From assembly GCA_002104945.1 (NCBI GenBank), contig MCFH01000019.1, forward strand, positions 434,001-498,000: a DNA stretch of 64,000 nucleotides, read 5' to 3'. The position numbers and the translations under genes were made by a program. The first letter of the stretch is position 1; every line of letters begins with the position of its first letter. This document shows positions 54,701 through 64,000 of the stretch, piece after piece. The notes beneath the pieces were generated by a model. It did not search any database, was not told the origin of the DNA, and saw nothing but the letters and a program-made list of their open reading frames with translations. The DNA is from Piromyces finnis finn (lineage: Eukaryota; Fungi; Neocallimastigomycota).

Positions 54701-55643
54701 GTGGATGTAATCAATGAGCTTACGGTAGATTTTAATTCTTTTAATAAATTCATCTATATCATAAATTCTTTCTTTTTTAAATCTCTTATACAACTTCATT
54801 TTGATTTTTTGGAGATTAAAAATTTGTTGTGAAATATGAAATGAAGACTTTATAACATTATTTGCTGAAGTAATACTGAGCTCGTCTGCAATTGAAAAAG
54901 CAGTTGAAGTAAACTCTTTGGAAAGTTCATCTGTAGAAACATTAGGATCGTTGAATTTTGCTGAAAGTATTTGGAATTTATTATGACTGAGAATAGATTC
55001 CTTTTCCTCAATACATTTTAATCTATTCCATTTCAGAATTTTCTTAGGAACATTAAAGTCATTAGAAAAATCTTCCATAGGAATAATTTTACCATTAATA
55101 AGAAGTGGCTTATGGTCTGATACAGGATAAAAATTATTTATAAATGATCCTGAGTGAATAAGATCTTTCATCTTCGAATTGATAAGAGCATGGTCAATGT
55201 CGGAAGATTGTTCACCTCGAGTCCAAGAGATAGTCGACCCTCTAAGCGGAAGAATTTCCCAATCTCCTAATCCATTAGTTGATAACCAGTTGGATAATTT
55301 TACTTTAGACATATTAAAATCACCAACAAGAATCGATGGATGGGATGAATGAGTTTGTAACCACAAGCGAACTTCTAACTTTGCATGATCAACATAGATG
55401 TTGTGATGACTATGAGGCATATAAACATTACCAATCGAGCATTTGAATCTATTCCAAAGACTAAAAGTATAAATAGAAATAATATACTTTCCAGAGAAGT
55501 TTTCAAGTGAGGCTTGACATGAATTATGAAAACCTAAATATAAACCTCTCATTCCCGGAACTGATTCGTCAGCTTTCTTGAAAAAGTGTCTATAGTTTCG
55601 CAAAGTAACACGACAAGGATAATCTTTTTTTACGATTCATCCT
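51684..55643 (-). mobile_element. Near-complete APE-endonuclease/RT non-LTR retrotransposon (LINE copy E)
   Basis: Poly-A end (poly-T on + to 51714), same 3'UTR as A and B. Candidate TSD CTATTATTT at 51675-51683 and 55644-55652. Confidence 0.95.
51959..55603 (-). CDS. LINE ORF: APE endonuclease (N-terminus apparently missing) + RT + Cys/His knuckle, 1214 aa
   Basis: APE motifs NVYMP, ILVGDFN, SWTRG...SDIDH and SDHKP, plus the full RT motif set. The listed start is a TTG and there is no in-frame ATG at the 5' end. Confidence 0.92.
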   Translation of the reverse strand: MRNYRHFFKKADESVPGMRGLYLGFHNSCQASLENFSGKYIISIYTFSLWNRFKCSIGNVYMPHSHHNIYVDHAKLEVRLWLQTHSSHPSILVGDFNMSKVKLSNWLSTNGLGDWEILPLRGSTISWTRGEQSSDIDHALINSKMKDLIHSGSFINNFYPVSDHKPLLINGKIIPMEDFSNDFNVPKKILKWNRLKCIEEKESILSHNKFQILSAKFNDPNVSTDELSKEFTSTAFSIADELSITSANNVIKSSFHISQQIFNLQKIKMKLYKRFKKERIYDIDEFIKRIKIYRKLIDYIHKRCNEFRKQEYLHWIKTGCEYMKSHNPKKAWKWIKKTAKIGKDSFFIAQPIKNKNGELVVTTEEQLDVWHDHFENLASDPSGVSLDLEHWYEEPTNKRFSLPMLDEWNINQDISIDEVKSAILSTPNYKASGPDGIPIEFYKALIPSSNDSNNATDNNSSGNTTSDNDAHGLNFILKLFNRIWDGDFPNSWNESSIVSIPKKGDLTDCDNYRGISLINNGIKLISKIVTTRISEYGLKNNFIRPEQFGFRKKEESISLFISIQEICRRRQLDNKETYLAFLDLRKAYDSVPIGNILHKLDCLGIRGKSLQFIKNLYLTSKANVKLDGQFSKSFDVKKGVRQGCPLSPILFNLFINDIFKECEDLGVSLGDTRCCGGLFADDIVICAPTRGCLKKMLRRVNEWALYNEMEFGIQKCSTMVIRPESIENQNKRDPTFYLAGQPIPTTDCYTYLGVPFDKNLSLKPVIKALNNKVLKGLFSVSKFLRNPNIPIPFKKLVLNSQVISRVSYFAPLLGSNKARSRIAQKHVNKGIRWVAGVHKAVSFISLYSISKDLNIPPLSAKCALAQVRCFNKWKNSNCIISHLVNYIPKFRKYTWCKSSRTLDKKLKKHGDVKAVKNFYWKDLKGNSIKAQYYDDNKFSETKDFIKLCYEYPEFAYGFYWLLKARSGYKLDARVAKAAKFVDPVCPNYCPCCKCGDQSIKHWLLDCPTFRDIRIKHYDSIVQLLNFFSQRNSNSPINNNENVNISRDSNNINSNSNNSSNNNSNSNNSNNNNNRNNNISNDSNSEDNNSNLDSNLVNDSNSSNNPVNINVYDYSSVCSEIFKFLLGGRSFNNINYNSREWKELCKRQIQSGTNEGTPFLTVTAELLTKIMPFAIGQQWSMFKRFEATSKSVNAEETVRQARRASATNGDHNFVP

Positions 55644-56270
55644 CTATTATTTCTTATTATATTTTAAGTTTTTAGTTTTTGTTTACTGGCAATTATCAAA
55701 AAAAAAAAAAGCATGGCCATGATGAGAATACTTTTTGGATAAATTAATTTTATTTGGAGAATTTCATTAATAAAAAAACATTTACACTTTATTTCTTTCA
55801 ATAATCTATTATACATTCTTATTTATTTATTCAATATTGTATCTTTATATATCTTTTAATAATAACAATCATATACACAAAGAAATAATATCAATTACAA
55901 TTACCCACAGAAAGAAAAATAAACAATTACACAAAATAACAAATAATTAATTTCATCATTTTTTTTAAAGATATTTATATTTTAAAAGTTTTTATTATAT
56001 AAAAATTAATAATATTCAATTACTAAAAAAATTATTGATTAGATAATATTGATATATATATATATGGTATGTAAAATATATTTTAAATATATTTACACAA
56101 TAAATTATAAAAAAAAAATTAAAAAATTTCAAAACGACTAATAATCGTTTGCTTTTTTGATATGTTAATTATTGCGAATGTTGATGAAGAATAATTTTTC
56201 AATTATTTCTACAAAAAAAACGATATTGAATTGTTTGATTAAAGGATTAATATATGCTAAATTAGAAAAC

Positions 56271-56999
56271 TTAAACCATAGTAATTTGAGTACGAACACT
56301 TTGTAAACCAGCGCGCTTAGATTTCTTGATGTAATAGAAGACACCAGCAGAAGAAAGAGCAGCGGCACCAGCAAGACCACTAGCAACCTTTCCACTAGTA
56401 GAAAGACCTTCATCTTCATCATCAGAAGTAACATCATTGGCATTAGCACTGTCAATACCATCAACTTGGTCAATACCATCAGCATTACCGTAATCATCAG
56501 AAGCTTCACCATCATCTACAACATCTTGTGGGTTGACATCAGCATTATCAATTTGATCAATTTGATCAGTGCTTCCATAATCATCTGAAGCTTCACCGTT
56601 GTCAACATTTTGACCGCTAATACCTTCAGCACTTGGTGGAGTAACACCAGTGTTGTCAGAGTATGGTGGGACTGAATCAACACTTGGATTAGTGTTAACA
56701 GAATCAGTAACTGGGTTAGAGTTAACAGAGTCCATAGATGGTGGTGGAATAGAATCAGTAGTTGGGACATTGTTATCAACAGATGGGAAAGATGGTGGAA
56801 CAATAACTGGAGTTTCTGGAGCTTCTGGAGTTTCTACTGGAGCCATGTTGGTATCAATTTCTGGTTCAGAACTTTCTCCAAAACCATCTTCAAGTCCAAC
56901 ACCACTAATGTTGTCTTCAATATCAGAAACATCTAAACCGTTACCTAAAGTTAAGGTAAGAGTGGCAGCTAATAATAATAAAGCGTTGTAGAATTTCAT
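56271..56999 (-). CDS. Acidic, Pro/Thr/Ser-rich anchored surface protein, distant paralog (242 aa)
   Basis: Signal peptide, mucin-like segment, 2x GEASDDYG, TM GLAGAAALSSAGVFYYI followed by KKSK. Confidence 0.88.
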   Translation of the reverse strand: MKFYNALLLLAATLTLTLGNGLDVSDIEDNISGVGLEDGFGESSEPEIDTNMAPVETPEAPETPVIVPPSFPSVDNNVPTTDSIPPPSMDSVNSNPVTDSVNTNPSVDSVPPYSDNTGVTPPSAEGISGQNVDNGEASDDYGSTDQIDQIDNADVNPQDVVDDGEASDDYGNADGIDQVDGIDSANANDVTSDDEDEGLSTSGKVASGLAGAAALSSAGVFYYIKKSKRAGLQSVRTQITMV

Positions 57000-59900
57000 T
57001 TTGAATTTATTTTGATTTTATATTATACAATTAAAAAATAATTATTGTTTTGATTGATTGTTTTATAATCGTTATTTGTTAATTACAATTTCCTTTTTGA
57101 ATTTCCTATTGGTTAATACTATACAATTTCTAAATAAAATATTATATATATAACTTATATTGAAATGCCAAACTAATAAGTATATATATAATACAAAAAA
57201 CTATTTCTTTTAGCAAAAAGAAAAAGAGTTCTTTTACAAATTTTACAATATTAATTAATATCAATAGATAAAAAAAATTGATGAAATAAAAAAAAGAGAA
57301 AATTTTCTTTTTATATATGATTTTCTATTAATAAATTAATAATATTAATATTAATATTAATATTATTATTATGATTATGATTAATATTAATATTATTATA
57401 GATAGTTAATTGTCAATAGTCAATAGATTAAAACAACATCGTCATGACTAAACTATTATATATTAAAATATATTAACTTTAATTTATTAAGAATGATAAT
57501 CCAATGAGTTGATTTATTTATAATTATTTATTAATATATTAACAAGTATTTAAAAATATATTATTAAAATATTATAATATATTGAAAATTATACTCTCTT
57601 ATTTTATTTCATCTATCATTGATACCAAATAAACTAATTATAGTAACTCTAGCCTATCACAAAATCCCTTAGGTATACTATTATACTATTTAAATAAATT
57701 AAATATTTCCCATATAATATTATATATTGGTCAAATATATTACAAATTGAATGATTATGTTACATAGAATAAAAAATGAAACATATTTTTTAATACAGCA
57801 ACTTTAAAAATATTAGTTATTAAAATTAGAAATATTAATAATTAAAATTTTTTATACTTAAAACAAATATATTAGGTAAAAACCAAACTTTATTTATTAA
57901 TAAAATTAATATTATTTTTTTGTGAATCGAAACTTTAATTCTATTAAATTACCTTTTTTAATTTATTTTATTATATTAAAAACGATCAATTTTCTATATA
58001 TAAAAAATGTTTAATCATGTTTAATAATGTATTAAGATTGTATTAGAAGAAAATAAAATGTCTTAGAAAATAGTAGCTGTTAGTTGTTATCCTGATGCCG
58101 ATGTCCTCATTCATTAGAAAACATTTTTTACAATAAAAATTAGTTTAATAAACTATCATTAATAATTGTTTAGTTTTATAATCAATAAAATATAATTAAT
58201 ATAATTATATGACAGAGGAGTTTTAATGTACAAAATCAATATTTATAACTAAATATATTAGAATATTAAAAGTAATGTATTACAATAAAATGATTTACGG
58301 TAAATATTTATTTTTAAATGATAAACAATTTTGTTTGCTTTAATTGTAATTGTGGAAATTTATATACTTTATTATATTATAAATATATTATAATATATTA
58401 TATTTTATATGGTACAATAATTTTATAAATAAAAATAATATTTTTAAATAATATGAAATAATAGTTATTATTTAATAGTAGGGTTATTATTTATTATTAA
58501 ATTTTTTTTATTTTTTATTAAATACTTTTTCTATTGTTATTCCAATTTATTTAATAATTATTTATTTAATTATTTATTTAATTATTTATCTATTTAATGA
58601 TTATTTATTTAATTATTTATTTAATTATTTATCTATTTAATGATTATTTATTATTTAATAGGAATAATTACTTTTTTTAATATTCTTTTGACATCAACAA
58701 ATGTGGGTCAGATTCTATTTATTTATTAATAAATTTTTTAATTAAAAGAATTATTTTTTTATTATTCTTTCCACTACCATTTTATTTAGTTAATATTTAT
58801 TTAATAATATTTCATATCAATGATAATAGTTTAAAAATGATAGAATTTAAAGTTTAATATAAATTTTTTTTTTTTTACAAATTTTGTGCCGCATTTTAAA
58901 AACGGTGAACATTTTTAATATTCTATAATTAAAAAAAAGTGCGGCAAATTATTACATTTTTCTACATTTCTATTTTAAAAAAAAAAAAAGATAGTAAAAG
59001 GGAATTTAAAATAAAATAAAACTGGAGGTATAGTTTTTTAAAAATAAATTATATAAAATATACTAGTATTATAAATGATAATACAAATCCTTTTTGTCAT
59101 TATATAGATTTATATTTTAATAAAAAAAAAAAAAAAATGGCTAGATTTATAAATTGTGTTAATAAATGTCCATGGAAAAAATGATGACTAATTTATTACA
59201 ATATAAATTATGTACTGTAAATTTTTATTGGTTAAGTTTTGTAAAAAACATATACATTACTATTATAAAAAAATGACCTTTAGTAAAGGGTTAGATATAA
59301 TAGTAATTTATGGTGGATAATACATATATACATACATACTTTATCCACATTTTATTCTAAAAAAAAATTGACAGTTTCTATTAATCTCCAATATATATAA
59401 TATTTAAAACTTTGTTTTTTTTCTTTTTAAAGAAATAGTATAACACATATAATTTTAATCACCATTAATTTATTAAAATGTTTATAATGACCTTTAAAAA
59501 ACTTTTTTTTTTTTTTAATTACATAAAATATTAACAAAGTAGTTCTCCTATATTTTTTTTTATTATTTTATTTCAAAAAACTAAATATATTTAATTTTAA
59601 AGCAAGCAAAATTCAAAGGATTCCTTAATAAAAATTAACAGAGATTTTATTGTAAATAATGAAGATACGGAAGCTACTATCACACTTTTCATATAGCAAA
59701 AGTGGTTTATTTTATAGATATTCATACTTTATATAAATCACAATTATATATTAAAGTATACTTTTTTTTTTTTTATTAAACTTTTTTAATATTCAAAGAA
59801 CAAATATTTTTTTTACTATGATTATTATTATTTGAGTATTTCTTTTCTTTAAAAATTATTATTAGTAGTATTAGTATTATTAAGCGTATTATTATTATGT

Positions 59901-60445
59901 TAATATCGTTATTTTACTTTATAAGCATTTTTAATAAATATAATTGATAATAAATAAATGGGATGTTTGTAATATGTAATATGATAAAGAAGAAAAAAAA
60001 AAAGATTTTTATTTTTTTTCTATATAACAATATAATATTACAATTATTTAACATCTATATATAGATATTTTATTCTTTGATTTGAGAATTAAATTTATCA
60101 TAGAATGAAAATATCTATATACTAAATAAGGTTTTATATATATAGATAGATATATATCATATTAATTATCCAAAAAAAAAAATAAAATATATTATTCTAT
60201 TTTCTTTTTCTATAATACAGATTACTCTATAAAAACAACACTTTTTTTCTTTCTATAATTTTTTTTAAAAAAAAAAAAGTTTGAAATTTAATCTATAATT
60301 ATAATTTTTAAATAGAATATGATATATTACTCTAAAATTGGTCCAATATAAGAACCAATAAATAATAAATATATATATTATGTAGGTAGGAAAAGAATGA
60401 GAGGTAAAATAAAAAAAAAAAAAAAAGAATTAAATTTGTTTGTTT

Positions 60446-62572
60446 TTAAATAATAATATCTGTTTTTTCCAATTCTCTATCTAATTTTTCTTTCAAGTGA
60501 ATTAATGGATTTCTAAATAATAAACCTAATAATAATGGTATAATGGTATGGGATAATAACATCATCATATAATAAATATAATTATTTTTGTATAATCCAC
60601 CAATAGCTTCTCTTAAAATATTCATTGCTGGATAAAATGGCATGATAGGTTGTAAAACGGCAAAGGCTCTTGGTAATAATTCAATTGGGAATGTACCACC
60701 TGAACCAGCAACTTGTAAAACCATAACAACAATAGAAAAGGCTTCACCAACCTTACCGAAAGAAACTGTGACAGAATATACAAATAACATAAATACAAAA
60801 CTTGACATCATAATGGTAATAATGAATAAGGGAATATTAATGACTTGAACTTTAAGTAGAATATCACCAATTCCAATAATGAGACCTTGAGTGACAGCCA
60901 TACTACCAAATAATAAAAATCTTCCTAAAAATTTTTGATAATTTCTTAATTTTTCGGTTCCGATGGTTGTATTATCAATATCTGTTTTAACAATAGAAAT
61001 AAGTAAAGTGCATCCAACCCAACAAGCTAAAATTGTATAGAAGGGAGCCATCTTTGAACCATAAGTATTAATATCATATAAATCAATTTCATTTGTTTTT
61101 ACTGGAGTGGATAAAAAGTTGGCAACTTCTACTGGATCATTTTCGATCAAGTTTACGAATTTGTCGTACATTTCACTTTCCTTTTCTCCACTTAAAGAAT
61201 CTACAATTTTATCGATTTCGTCTTGAAGTTTTGAAAATACATTATCCATATTATCGGTTAAATCCTTGGTATTACCTAAAGCTTTTATCATACTATCTAA
61301 AGCTTTATCAGTCTTTCCCGTGGCTTTACTGACACCTGATAATAATTCATTAATACTATCCATGGATTGATTGGCATTGGTATAGGCACTATTCAAATCA
61401 CCTTTTATAGAATCACGATAGGCACTGTAGACTTCAACTTCTTCAGTTTGAATAGCTTTCAACTTGTTTTTAATTTCTTTTATTTCATTTTTAGTTTGTT
61501 TTGTATTGCTAATGATCTTTTGGGTATCACCGATAGAATCTGATATTTTTTGAAGTTTATCTTGTATACCGTCTAATTGAGGTAACTTTAAATTTTGACC
61601 TACTCTATTCAAGATACTTTTGATTTTATCGATTTTTTCGGATTTTTCTTTTAATTGCTCTGATAATTCGTTCATTTTGTCTTTCATAATTTCTTTGTTA
61701 TCTTCGAGAGGGCTTTCATCAAACGAATCAATAACATTGGCAATATCTTTACTATCATCTTTAATGGAAGAAACAGTTTCATCAATATCATTAGTTAAAT
61801 CCTTAAAGGATTTTAAAGCATTTTGCATATCTTTGATTCCATTTTGCGTGGTTCCACTAATGTTATCAACGGTAGGAAGTAATTCTTTAAAGGCATTAAG
61901 AGAGTTGTTGGTAAGATCTGCTGTAATTTCCATGGTTTTAAATATAGCTCTTAAATCTGAAATATTTGATTTAGCTTTATTTAGTTTTTCAACAAGTTCT
62001 TCGGTGGTACGAGCTGCCTTTGTTACCAAACCTATATCTTCTGCTGTATTTAATACTTTATATATAATAGCGTTAATGATATTTTGATTGATGGTGTTTT
62101 GAATGGCACCAACTGCCTTATTTACAATAATGGGTGCAATTGGATTTTTCTTGTGATTAACATAAAAATCAAATTGAGGTCTTTCAATTTTCTTTGTATC
62201 AAATATTGTGATGAGTTTGGTACTAAAGTTTTCTGGAATGACTATTTCTCCGTAGTATTCACTTTTTTCTAACATATGTTTGGCATCCTTTTCATTTGTA
62301 AAAATCCATTTCATATCCTTATTATCTTTTAAACCATCCACTACTAAATTTCCCATATTTATTTCTTCCCCAAGGATTACTGTTCCATTATCTTTATTTA
62401 CAATAGCTATTGGTAATTTACCAGTATTACCATAAGGATTCCAATTGGAATCAATATTAAGCCAAGCATAAATACCTGGAATAATTAATAAACCTACTAA
62501 AATTACAACAGCAGCAGGTCTTTTACTAATTCTTTTAATATCATCTAAAAATATAGATATAATTTTTTTCAT
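60446..62572 (-). CDS. YhgE/Pip-family membrane protein (708 aa), intronless, bacterial type
   Basis: N-terminal IPGIYAWLNIDSNWNPYGNTGKLPIAIVNKD, long coiled-coil middle, then C-terminal YGSKMAPFY..L..WVG and LQVAGSGGTFPIELLP with multiple TM helices. This matches the YhgE/Pip architecture. Confidence 0.92.
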   Translation of the reverse strand: MKKIISIFLDDIKRISKRPAAVVILVGLLIIPGIYAWLNIDSNWNPYGNTGKLPIAIVNKDNGTVILGEEINMGNLVVDGLKDNKDMKWIFTNEKDAKHMLEKSEYYGEIVIPENFSTKLITIFDTKKIERPQFDFYVNHKKNPIAPIIVNKAVGAIQNTINQNIINAIIYKVLNTAEDIGLVTKAARTTEELVEKLNKAKSNISDLRAIFKTMEITADLTNNSLNAFKELLPTVDNISGTTQNGIKDMQNALKSFKDLTNDIDETVSSIKDDSKDIANVIDSFDESPLEDNKEIMKDKMNELSEQLKEKSEKIDKIKSILNRVGQNLKLPQLDGIQDKLQKISDSIGDTQKIISNTKQTKNEIKEIKNKLKAIQTEEVEVYSAYRDSIKGDLNSAYTNANQSMDSINELLSGVSKATGKTDKALDSMIKALGNTKDLTDNMDNVFSKLQDEIDKIVDSLSGEKESEMYDKFVNLIENDPVEVANFLSTPVKTNEIDLYDINTYGSKMAPFYTILACWVGCTLLISIVKTDIDNTTIGTEKLRNYQKFLGRFLLFGSMAVTQGLIIGIGDILLKVQVINIPLFIITIMMSSFVFMLFVYSVTVSFGKVGEAFSIVVMVLQVAGSGGTFPIELLPRAFAVLQPIMPFYPAMNILREAIGGLYKNNYIYYMMMLLSHTIIPLLLGLLFRNPLIHLKEKLDRELEKTDIII

Positions 62573-63683
62573 TTTTCCCTAAATAATAATATAGGTATGT
62601 GTGTGTGTGTGAAAGTATTTCTATAAAAACTTTTAATTTTTAGAATTTTTTTTTATTCTTTTAATATATCATTTATTTATTGATAATAAAATCTATCTTT
62701 ATAATTTTTATTTTTTAATATTTAAGGAATTATGCTTTTTTTTTTAAGGTAAAAAATGGTAGGAGTAAAGCAAGATTCCTTTATAAAAGTGTTTTTATTT
62801 CCCCTAATGAATATTTTCACTTAACCTTTTTTTTTTTGTTTTTTTTTTAAAGTTTTTTAAATTCTTTTTTTTATTGTCTTTTTTTATTATATTTATACAA
62901 TCCATTAAAAAAAAAATTCTAGTTTTTTTAAGTTGTCAAAATTCATTTCTGCTTTCAACAATATTAAATTTAATAATAATATAATATTAATATATAATAA
63001 TATATAGTAATATATATTAGAATAAATACCACAACTTTTATTTTAATTTATTTTATTAATGAAATTTTTTTATAAAAATTAATTTTATAGACTTAATTTT
63101 GTGTAACATCATATAAATAATGATATTAAGAAATTTTTTATTAAATTTTTTAATTTTCACATGTATTTTTTTAAAAAAAAGTCTTTTTTCATATGATAAT
63201 TAAAATAATTTCATCTATAGATTTATTAATTCATTTATTTATTTTATTAATAAAAAAGATATTTTTATATTTAATAAAACTAAATATAAAAAAATGTTAA
63301 GAAAGCATTTACATAATAAATTATACTTCGCTATACTATTTATTTATTAGTAAAAAAATAATAAATGAAATAGGATAATTGCTATTGTCATCCTTACCAT
63401 CCTTTTTTTTTATTCTACTTTGTATTTTCTGCCTTTTAAAGAAATATCTTTTGTCAAGTAATATTAATATTAAATTTTTTGCACAATACCTAAATTAAAT
63501 TTTTTATTATTTTTTGTTGACAATTGTTATTTTTAATTGAAACATTAATATATTATTTTAAATTGATATTTATATTTTTATATATTTTATAATACATTAA
63601 TAATATTAAAATAATATATTATATTTATTATTTAATATAATATTAATATATATTAAATTATTTTTTTGTGCTTTATCACAATA

Positions 63684-63755
<72 letters not shown>

Positions 63756-63788
63756 TAAGGTATAATAATAGACATTATATAATAAATA

Positions 63789-64000
63789 GTCGTTCCAGTT
63801 TCTATCCTGGTTGTTAAGACCCGCTTAGCATTCATAAGGCTTCTGGTTCGACCCCCGCCATTGACAGTTCTTTAGCGATTTTCCTGTTTCAGGTTTGCGC
63901 TTAAAGTATAGGGGTTAAAGGTCAATTCAGGTAAGTATAACTATACCACCGGACTCTACCCTAAGCAGTTAATTCAGATTGGTAGTTTTCTCCGTATCAA
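63789..64000 (+). mobile_element. 5' part of a second SINE (related head, different body), cut off by the window end
   Basis: GTCGTTCCAGTTTCTATCCTGGTTGTTAAG...CTTAGCATTCATAAGGCTTCTGGTTCGACCCC matches the head of the 30967-31524 element. Shared core ATTCAGGTAAGTATAA at 63925-63940. Confidence 0.75.

Noticed and set aside
60446-62572. A type VII secretion system locus or a bacterial contaminant contig
   Set aside because: No Ess/Esx genes, operon structure or obvious Shine-Dalgarno site. The surrounding window is clearly eukaryotic (introns, LINEs). Read-level confirmation is still advisable.
63789-63870. Possible tRNA gene (B-box, cloverleaf-like hairpins)
   Set aside because: The acceptor stem is poor and the anticodon-like loop is non-canonical and differs between the two copies. 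It is homologous to the SINE head.

Overview
Extremely AT-rich eukaryotic DNA with short GT-AG introns and long (AAT)n and poly-A/T tracts. The gene content (sugar-binding-protein/7TM receptors, intronless bacterial-type genes) best fits an anaerobic gut fungus (Neocallimastigomycota); this is an inference. Host genes: a partial SPRY+IQ gene, glycogen phosphorylase, two convergent solute-binding-protein/class-C-like GPCRs, a 1218-aa orphan, and six members of an acidic, signal-peptide, C-terminally anchored surface-protein family that share a GEASDDY motif (four encode an identical protein, two of them as a ~1.6-kb-arm inverted repeat). There are two probable bacterial acquisitions: a YhgE/Pip-family membrane protein and a frameshifted unknown gene. 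Mobile DNA: a near-complete APE/RT LINE with a candidate TSD, a head-to-tail stack of truncated LINEs, a MITE-like element, and two tRNA-like-headed SINEs. The most notable signal is a SINE-LINE partnership. The complete SINE (11-bp TSD, poly-A) shares 37/41 nt, forming a conserved stem-loop, with the 3' coding end of the LINE in this same window. A second SINE shares its head and a 16-nt core containing a perfect 5' splice-donor sequence.
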